This document shows positions 55,613 to 64,000 of a DNA stretch of 64,000 nt, piece by piece. The position numbers and the translations under genes were made by a program. Under the pieces are notes generated by a model that ran no database searches, was not told where the DNA came from, and worked only from the letters and a program-made list of their open reading frames with translations. The stretch is from Actinobacteria bacterium RBG_16_68_21 (GTDB taxonomy: Bacteria > Actinomycetota > Acidimicrobiia > Spongiisociales > UBA11373), in assembly GCA_001767695.1 (NCBI GenBank), contig MELR01000011.1, positions 192 through 64,191 of the forward strand, given 5' to 3'. Position 1 is the stretch's first letter. Every line of letters starts with the position of its first letter.

Positions 55613-57799
55613 CTATCCCCCGCCGGGGAGCAGGCGGTAGGCGTCGTAGACCCCGTCGAGGCGGCGCATCTCGGTGATCGCCCGTTCCAGGGTCGAGGTG
55701 TCGGACAGCTCGAGCTCGAAGCGGAGCACCGCCACCCGGTCCCGGTTCGTGGCCGACGACGAGGAGACGATGTTCGCCCCCAGGTCGGTGAGCGCCACGG
55801 TGACGTCGCGCAGCAGACGGGGCCGGTCGAGCGCCTCCACCTGGATCGCCGAGCGGAACGACCCCACCTCGCCGGCCCAACCCACCTCGATCATCCGCTC
55901 CGCCCGCTCCCCGAGAGCCTCGATGTTGGTGCAGTCGGAGCGGTGGATCGACACCCCCCGACCGACCGTAACAAAGCCCACGATGGAGTCGCCGGGCACC
56001 GGAGCACAGCACTGGGCGACTCGCACCAGCATGTCGTCGAGACCCTCGACGACGATCCCCCCGGTGGGGGCCAGGCGGGTCGGCGAGTAGGCGACGAACT
56101 CGGGCTCGGCTTCCTCGAGAGCCTCGGCATCCTCGGGGCGCACCAGCCGGACGAGACGGCCGACCACGGTCTGCGGGTGGGTGTTGCCGTCGCCCACCGA
56201 CACGTACAGCGACTCCAGATCGCGGAACCCGAGGGAGTCGGCGATCTGCCCCAGCAGCTCGTCGCGTTTCGCTGCCGACAGCCCCAGGCCCTCCTTGCGC
56301 AGCAGTCGGCTGACCCCGTCCCGCCCCTCGAGCAGCGACTGCTCGCGGCGCTCCCGGCTGAACCACTGGCGGATCTTGGCCGCGGCCCGGGAAGTGCGGA
56401 CGAAGCCCAGCCAATCGCGGCTGGGACCATCGCTGCGCGAGGTGATCACCTCGACGATGTCTCCCGACTCGAGACGGGTGGACAGCGGCACCAGACGTCC
56501 GTTCACCCGCGCCCCGGTGCAGCGGTGGCCGACCTCGGTGTGCACCGCGTACGCGAAGTCCACCGGCGTGGCCCCCCGCGGAAGCGACTTGACGTCCCCG
56601 TTGGGGGTCAGCACGAATACCTCGTCCTGGTAGAGATCGAGTTTCAGCCCGGCGAGGAACTCCGCCGGCGTCTCGTAGTCGTCGGACGTCTCGGTGAGAT
56701 CGAGAACCGGTTCTTCCCCGGCCGGCGACTCGCCTCCCTCCTTGTACCGCCAGTGGGCGGCGATCCCCTGCTCCGCCCGGTCGTGCATCTCCCGGGTCCT
56801 GATCTGGACTTCGAGCGGCTTGCGGTCGGGTCCGAGGACGGTGGTGTGCAGGCTCTGGTAGAGGTTGAACTTGGGCATGGCGATGTAGTCCTTGAACCGC
56901 CCGTGCACCGGAGGCCACCTCGTGTGGATCGCCCCCAGGGCGGCGTAGCAGTCCGCCACCTCCTTGGTGACGATCCTGATCCCGATGAGGTCGTGGATCT
57001 CATCGAAGCTGCGCCCACCGTCGACCATCTTGCGGTACACCGAGTACACGTGCTTCGGCCTCCCGGTCACCTCGGCACTCACCCCGAGTTCGCCGAGAAG
57101 GCGTTCCACCTCGGCAACGACATCGTTTATGTAGGCGTCTCTCTCCGGCGCCCTGGCCTTCATCAACTCGACGACCTCGGCATACCGGCGGGGGAGGAGT
57201 ACCGCGAAGCAGCGATCCTCCATCTCGTGCTTGATCTCCTGAACACCCAGCCGATGGGCGAGCGGCGCATACACCTCGAGCGTCTCGAGGGCGATCCGCT
57301 GCTGGCGATCCGGATCGAGCGGGGCGATCGTGCGAATGTTGTGCAGGCGGTCGGCGAGCTTGATGAGGAGCACCCGCACATCCCGCGCCATGGCGATGAC
57401 CATCTTGCGGATCGTGGCAGCCTGCTGATCCTCCCGATTGGAGAACTTGACCCGCTGCAACTTGGTGACGCCGTCGATGAGACGCGCCACCACTTCGCCG
57501 TACTCGGAAGCCACCGCGTCGAGGGTCAGGCCGGTGTCCTCCACCGTGTCGTGGAGGAGTGCGGCCACCACGGTGTCGGTGTCCAAGCCGTAGTAGGCAA
57601 GGATCTCGGCGACGGCCAGGGGATGAGTGATGTATGGCTGACCGGTCTTGCGGAACTGGCCCTCGTGCTCTGCCCGGGCCGTCTCGTAGGCTCGCTCGAT
57701 GATCTCGACCGGGGCATGAGGGTGATGACGCCGGAACTCCTCGAGCACCGGGCCGATGTCGGTGATCGTCACCTCCGCGGGCGGACGATCCTCAGTCAT
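55613..57799 (-). CDS. relA: bifunctional (p)ppGpp synthetase/hydrolase RelA/SpoT
   Basis: 728 aa; HD hydrolase domain (HPLAVAEIL...HDTVEDT), synthetase domain (RxKD...YQSLHT), TGS and ACT domains. Confidence 0.92.
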   Translation of the reverse strand: MTEDRPPAEVTITDIGPVLEEFRRHHPHAPVEIIERAYETARAEHEGQFRKTGQPYITHPLAVAEILAYYGLDTDTVVAALLHDTVEDTGLTLDAVASEYGEVVARLIDGVTKLQRVKFSNREDQQAATIRKMVIAMARDVRVLLIKLADRLHNIRTIAPLDPDRQQRIALETLEVYAPLAHRLGVQEIKHEMEDRCFAVLLPRRYAEVVELMKARAPERDAYINDVVAEVERLLGELGVSAEVTGRPKHVYSVYRKMVDGGRSFDEIHDLIGIRIVTKEVADCYAALGAIHTRWPPVHGRFKDYIAMPKFNLYQSLHTTVLGPDRKPLEVQIRTREMHDRAEQGIAAHWRYKEGGESPAGEEPVLDLTETSDDYETPAEFLAGLKLDLYQDEVFVLTPNGDVKSLPRGATPVDFAYAVHTEVGHRCTGARVNGRLVPLSTRLESGDIVEVITSRSDGPSRDWLGFVRTSRAAAKIRQWFSRERREQSLLEGRDGVSRLLRKEGLGLSAAKRDELLGQIADSLGFRDLESLYVSVGDGNTHPQTVVGRLVRLVRPEDAEALEEAEPEFVAYSPTRLAPTGGIVVEGLDDMLVRVAQCCAPVPGDSIVGFVTVGRGVSIHRSDCTNIEALGERAERMIEVGWAGEVGSFRSAIQVEALDRPRLLRDVTVALTDLGANIVSSSSATNRDRVAVLRFELELSDTSTLERAITEMRRLDGVYDAYRLLPGGG

Positions 57800-58307
57800 A
57801 GGTGATCACGGCCCTCACCGGGACGTCGAGACGACCCCGGCCGCCCAGGAACCGCAGCTCGATCAGCACGGCCACTCCGGTCACGAGCGCCCCGGTGTGC
57901 CGTATCAATTCGACCGTCGCCGCCGCGGTGCCCCCGGTGGCGAGGACGTCGTCGACCACCACCACGCGGTCTTCCGGGCCGAGGGCGTCGGCATGCATCT
58001 CGAGGGTGTCCGACCCGTATTCCAGGTCGTAGGTGCGCGACACGGTCGTCCATGGGAGCTTGCCGAACTTCCGCACCGGGACGAAGCCGATCTCCAGCGC
58101 GATCGCCACCGGTGGCCCGAGGATGAAACCGCGCGATTCGATCCCGACCACCTTGGTGATCCCCCTCCCCTGCTCGTGGCGCGCCATGCCCGCCACCGCC
58201 GCCGCCAGGGCCGCCGGGTCGCCGAGGAGCGGGGTGATGTCCCTGAAGACGATCCCCGGCTCGGGAAAGTCGGGCACGTCCCGGATCAAGGCGGTGAGAT
58301 CGACCAT
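57792..58307 (-). CDS. apt: adenine phosphoribosyltransferase
   Basis: 171 aa; PRPP-binding motif VVVVDDVLATGGTA, FPEPGIVFRDITPLL. Confidence 0.9.
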   Translation of the reverse strand: MVDLTALIRDVPDFPEPGIVFRDITPLLGDPAALAAAVAGMARHEQGRGITKVVGIESRGFILGPPVAIALEIGFVPVRKFGKLPWTTVSRTYDLEYGSDTLEMHADALGPEDRVVVVDDVLATGGTAAATVELIRHTGALVTGVAVLIELRFLGGRGRLDVPVRAVITYD

Positions 58308-58333
58308 CCGGCGATTGTAGGAAGACGGCAGTC

Positions 58334-58422
58334 AGCATTTAGCAATTGGCGATTGGCGATTGGCGATCAGCGATTAGCGGCCAGCACGACTGTGCCTTGC
58401 CGGTGACGGGCGACGGGTGACG
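58334..58422. repeat. Heptamer-periodic array (locus E): AGCATTT AGCAATT (GGCGATT)2 GGCGATC AGCGATT AGCGGCC ... CGGTGAC GGGCGAC GGGTGAC GG
   Basis: In-register 7-nt periodicity across the secF-apt spacer; ends 6 nt before the secF stop codon. Confidence 0.8.
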
Positions 58423-58428
58423 GAGCGG

Positions 58429-59499
58429 CTAGCGCTTCTTGCGGCGTTTGCGGGGGGGACGGGGAGCCGCCCCCGAGGTGTCCCGCACCGAGGCGACGGT
58501 CTCGGTGGTGGCGGGGCGAGGTGCCGCTGCCTTGGCGGCGAACTCCTCGTCGCCGCCGCGGCGCTCGAGACGCCGCCGCACCCGAATCCAGTGCTCCTCG
58601 CCCTCCTTCCACACCCCGAGGATCGGGGCGGCCAGGAAGATCGACGAGTAGGTCCCGGTGGCGACGCCGATGAACAAGGCGAGGGCGAACTCCCGCAGGG
58701 TGGTGGCCCCGAGCAGGAACGACCCGACGAAGAGCAGGCTGCCGATGGGCAGGAGGCTGGTGAGCGATGTGTTCACCGAGCGCATGAAGACCTGGTTCAT
58801 CGACATGTTGACGATCGCCGCGAAGGTGTGGCGGTCGCCCCGCTCCTTGACGTTCTCCTGCACCTTGTCGTAGACGACGACGGTGTCGTAGAGCGAGTAT
58901 CCAAGAATCGTCAGGATGGCAATCACCGTTGCCGGGGTCACTTCGAACCCGACGAGGGCATAGATACCCGCAGTGAATATCAGGTCGTGGCCCAAGGCGA
59001 GCAAGGCCGTGGCCGCCATCTTCCACTCCATGCGCCAGGTGATGAACAGGGCCACCACGATCAGGAAGATGATCAGGGCCCGCAGCGCCGAGGCGGCGAC
59101 CGCACTCCCGAATGTGGGTCCGACCGACTGGCGGCTGGCCTCGCCCGGATCGACCCCGGCGAGGGCGGCCACGGTTTCCACCAGCGCATCCTCATTGGCG
59201 GGCGCCAGTTGGGAGGTCTGCACCCGCAGGCCGGCGCCGCCCCCGGTCGCCTGCACCTTGGCGCCGACGATCCCCAGAGTCTCGATGGCATCACGCACCA
59301 TGGCGACGGAGGCGCCCTGGGGGTTTTCCATCTCGACGAGCGTGCCGCCCTCGAAGTCGACACCCAGATTGAGATGGCGAATGGCCAGTGCCCCGAGCGA
59401 CACCACGATGATCAGCGCCGAAGCCGCGAACCAGCGCCGCCGGGCCCCGAAGAAGTCGAAGGTGGTGCTCCCGTGATAGAGATCCCGCCACACGCTCAT
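58429..59499 (-). CDS. secF: protein translocase subunit SecF
   Basis: 356 aa; six-TM SecF topology and conserved SecD/F motifs; long basic C-terminal tail. Confidence 0.88.
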   Translation of the reverse strand: MSVWRDLYHGSTTFDFFGARRRWFAASALIIVVSLGALAIRHLNLGVDFEGGTLVEMENPQGASVAMVRDAIETLGIVGAKVQATGGGAGLRVQTSQLAPANEDALVETVAALAGVDPGEASRQSVGPTFGSAVAASALRALIIFLIVVALFITWRMEWKMAATALLALGHDLIFTAGIYALVGFEVTPATVIAILTILGYSLYDTVVVYDKVQENVKERGDRHTFAAIVNMSMNQVFMRSVNTSLTSLLPIGSLLFVGSFLLGATTLREFALALFIGVATGTYSSIFLAAPILGVWKEGEEHWIRVRRRLERRGGDEEFAAKAAAPRPATTETVASVRDTSGAAPRPPRKRRKKR

Positions 59500-61250
59500 T
59501 TCGCCACCTCCCCCGGCGCGCCGGTGGCTCCCCTGATGCTGAACGCGCCACCCTCACCGAACCTGGTCTGGGCGACGAGGGCGACCGCGGGACGGGTGTA
59601 GAAGACAGCCACCAGGACGTCGGTGACCGTGGCGACGCCGAGGGCCAGGGCGAATCCCTTCACCGATCCGGCGGCGAGGAAGAACAACAGCACCGCGGCG
59701 GTGAAAGAGACCGTATCGGCGGTGATGAGGGTGTGGAACGCCCGCGTGAAGCCCTGGTCGATGGCGGCGCGCAGCGACCGGCCCTTGTGGACCTCTTCCT
59801 TGATCCGCTCGAAATACACGATGTAGGAGTCGGCGGTGATGCCCACCGAGACGATCACGCCGGCGACCCCGGCCAGCGTCAACGTCACCCCCGACCAGGC
59901 ACCGAGCAGCGAGAAGATCACCAGCACCGTGCTGCCGAACACGAAGAGGCCGATGACGTTGATCAGCCCGAGCGCCCGGTAGTAGAGGATCATCGCCAGG
60001 GCCACCAGGATCAGTCCGGCTACTCCGGCGACGAGGCCGGCCTTCAGCGAGTCGGAGCCGAGCGTCGCCGACACCGACTGCACGCTCGACTGGGTGAAGG
60101 CAACCGGCAAAGCGCCGTACTTGAGCACGACTGCCAGGTCGTTGGCTTCCTTCTCCTGATTGTCGGAGTTGCCCAGGGTGATCACTGCCGAGTCGCCCAC
60201 GATCCCGGTGGCCGGATCGACGTCCGAGGCGATCTGGGGAGCGGACTGGATCACCTCGTCGAGGACGATGGCAAACTGCCGCTGCGGATCACCGGTGGGG
60301 AACTGCGCCAGTTCCTTGGTGGTCTGGGTGAACTTGGCCGCTCCCTCCGCGTTGAAGTTCAACTGGACGATCCAGCTGCCCGCACCGCCCCCACCCCCGA
60401 GCGGGGAACCGCCGCCGCTCGCCGAATACTGAGCCTGCGCGCTCTCGAGGTCGGAGCCGAGCACCCGCGCCACCGACAGGTGGTAGATCGTGCCGCCCTG
60501 GTCGGCCAGGTAGGCGTCGAGGTCGGGAGAGGGATCGGAGGTGACCCCGGTGGTCACGTCGACACAACCCGGTTGGTCCACCTCGTCGCACCAGGTGATC
60601 CCCTCGGGGAGCACGACCCCGGCCTTGGGGTCGAGCGTCGTGGTGGTGGTGTCCCCGGCCACGGTCGTCGTGGTGGTGTCCCCGGCGACGGTCGTCGTGG
60701 TCGTCTCGGCTGCCGCGGTTGTCGTCGTCGCCGCGGTCGTGGTCGTGGTGTCGCCGGCGCTCGTGGTGGTCGTCTCCCCGACACCGGTGGTCGTGGTCTC
60801 CCCGGGCACCGTCGTGGTCGAGGCGTCGGGAAGGGTGGTCGTGGTGGTGGTCGTCTCCGCGACGTTGAGGAACACCGGGCTCAGCCCGGGGATGGGGCCG
60901 ATCTCGAGCACCGGTCGGAACTCGAGAAGACCGGTGGTGCCGACCGCGGCGAGTGCCCGATCGCGGTCGGTGACGCCGGGAAGCTGCACCTCCACCGCCC
61001 GATCGCCGACGATGGTGATCTCGGGTTCCTGGACGTTGCCGAGTGCCTCGATGCGACGCCGCATGATCGCCACCGCCTGCTCCAGCACGTCGGGGGGAGT
61101 CCCCTCCGGGGCATCGAGAACGACGGAGAAGCCTCCCTGCAGGTCGAGGCCCAGCTTGGGTGTGGTGTGCGTGCTCTGGGTGAGGAACAGAAGGCCGAAC
61201 ACGATCACCAGTGTGAGCGTAAGGGTCACCGAGGCGGTGCGGCGTGACAC
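59496..61250 (-). CDS. secD: protein translocase subunit SecD with Thr-rich tandem-repeat insertion in the periplasmic P1 domain
   Basis: 584 aa; SecD N-terminal TM, P1 domain, C-terminal six-TM block (LGLINVIGLFVF...); residues about 125-196 are (G/A)(D/E)TTTTT(V/A)A repeats (coding 60660-60890). Confidence 0.88.
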   Translation of the reverse strand: MSRRTASVTLTLTLVIVFGLLFLTQSTHTTPKLGLDLQGGFSVVLDAPEGTPPDVLEQAVAIMRRRIEALGNVQEPEITIVGDRAVEVQLPGVTDRDRALAAVGTTGLLEFRPVLEIGPIPGLSPVFLNVAETTTTTTTLPDASTTTVPGETTTTGVGETTTTSAGDTTTTTAATTTTAAAETTTTTVAGDTTTTTVAGDTTTTTLDPKAGVVLPEGITWCDEVDQPGCVDVTTGVTSDPSPDLDAYLADQGGTIYHLSVARVLGSDLESAQAQYSASGGGSPLGGGGGAGSWIVQLNFNAEGAAKFTQTTKELAQFPTGDPQRQFAIVLDEVIQSAPQIASDVDPATGIVGDSAVITLGNSDNQEKEANDLAVVLKYGALPVAFTQSSVQSVSATLGSDSLKAGLVAGVAGLILVALAMILYYRALGLINVIGLFVFGSTVLVIFSLLGAWSGVTLTLAGVAGVIVSVGITADSYIVYFERIKEEVHKGRSLRAAIDQGFTRAFHTLITADTVSFTAAVLLFFLAAGSVKGFALALGVATVTDVLVAVFYTRPAVALVAQTRFGEGGAFSIRGATGAPGEVAK

Positions 61251-61255
61251 GTCTT

Positions 61256-61576
61256 CTACTCGGCGGAGGTCTTGCCGGCCAGGGCGCGTCTCGCCACTCG
61301 CAGCCGTCCGCCGCCCTCCACCTGGAGGATGGCGGTGGTGTCGTCGAGGAATTCGATGCGGCCGTAGATGCCGCCGATCGTCTGCACCTCGTCGCCGACG
61401 CCGAGTTGGGCCAGGAGTTCCTCCTGGCGGCGCATCCGGGTCCGCTGTGGGCGGATCATGAAGAGGTAGAAGAAGCCGCCGATCACCACCGCGTACAGCA
61501 CGAGGGTGAGGACGAGGTTGCCGCCCGATGATGTCGTCGCGGTGTCCCCCGTCGTCTGCGCCAGGATGTTGAGCAT
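61256..61576 (-). CDS. yajC: preprotein translocase subunit YajC
   Basis: 106 aa from ATG at 61576: single TM (LVLTLVLYAVVIGGFFYLFMIRPQRTRMRRQEEL) then YajC C-terminal domain (GDEVQTIGGIYGRI). Confidence 0.82.
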   Translation of the reverse strand: MLNILAQTTGDTATTSSGGNLVLTLVLYAVVIGGFFYLFMIRPQRTRMRRQEELLAQLGVGDEVQTIGGIYGRIEFLDDTTAILQVEGGGRLRVARRALAGKTSAE

Positions 61577-61604
61577 CGATCCTCCGAAGGAAACGCCGAC
61601 CAGC

Positions 61605-63900
<2,296 letters not shown>

Positions 63901-63901
63901 C

Positions 63902-64000
63902 CTACAAGAGCCTCCCCTGCTCCACCTCGGTGGGTACCGCCAACCCGAGGTGCACGTACGCCAGCCGGGTGGCCACCCGGCCCCGCGGGGTGCGCTGCAG
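63902..64000 (-). CDS. ruvB: Holliday junction branch-migration ATPase RuvB, C-terminal end (partial)
   Basis: Minus-strand translation ...LQRTPRGRVATRLAYVHLGLAVPTEVEQGRLL* matches the conserved RuvB C-terminus (LQRTPRGR..T..AY.HLG). Confidence 0.75.
   Translation of the reverse strand: MQRTPRGRVATRLAYVHLGLAVPTEVEQGRLL

Overview
This window is a high-GC (about 70%) Actinomycetota-type chromosomal segment in which almost every gene sits on the minus strand; only tyrS and a PPK2 gene are on the plus strand. It opens with the 5' end of a 16S rRNA gene (minus strand, continuing out of the window) facing away from tyrS. The rest is a conserved housekeeping backbone whose order resembles mycobacteria: PBP1A; mpg-argF-pheT-pheS-trmH-rplT-rpmI-infC; rnhB; the riboflavin operon ribD-ribE-ribBA-ribH behind a clear FMN riboswitch; rpe coupled to a REC-GGDEF regulator; fmt-def-priA-coaBC-rpoZ-gmk-mihF; a lysine-free PyrF-like gene; nusB-efp-pepQ-aroB-aroK-aroC; aroE-mltG-ruvX-alaS; rarA-aspS-hisS; relA-apt-secF-secD-yajC-tgt-queA and the 3' end of ruvB. 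Two accessory blocks interrupt it. One is a type IV pilus locus with no secretin gene (pilB, a PilT-like ATPase with a GspE_N/MshEN-like N-terminal domain, pilC, two major-pilin genes, pilD, pilM, pilN, pilO and a PilP-like protein) lying between aroE and aroC. The other is an operon of six prepilin-like genes, three of them very large, lying between an MBL hydrolase and relA. No transposase, integrase, CRISPR array or tRNA gene was found. The most unusual thing I see is a family of tandem arrays with 7-nt periodicity (units such as GGCAATT, GGCGATT, GCGGGCA/GCGGGTT, ACCTTGG, CTGGAAA, GGCGACT, CTATCCC). They fill six intergenic spacers between co-directional genes, including a (CCAAGGT)6 tract directly upstream of the major pilin gene. 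They resemble cyanobacterial STRR heptamer repeats, and I am not aware of them being described in this kind of genome. Other points worth a look: a terminator-like attenuator hairpin with a TATACT -10 candidate upstream of an infC that starts at ATC; Thr-rich repeat linkers in SecD, the PilP-like protein and a large pilin; a PriA with degenerate helicase motifs whose start overlaps coaBC; and a GGDDF variant of the GGDEF motif.
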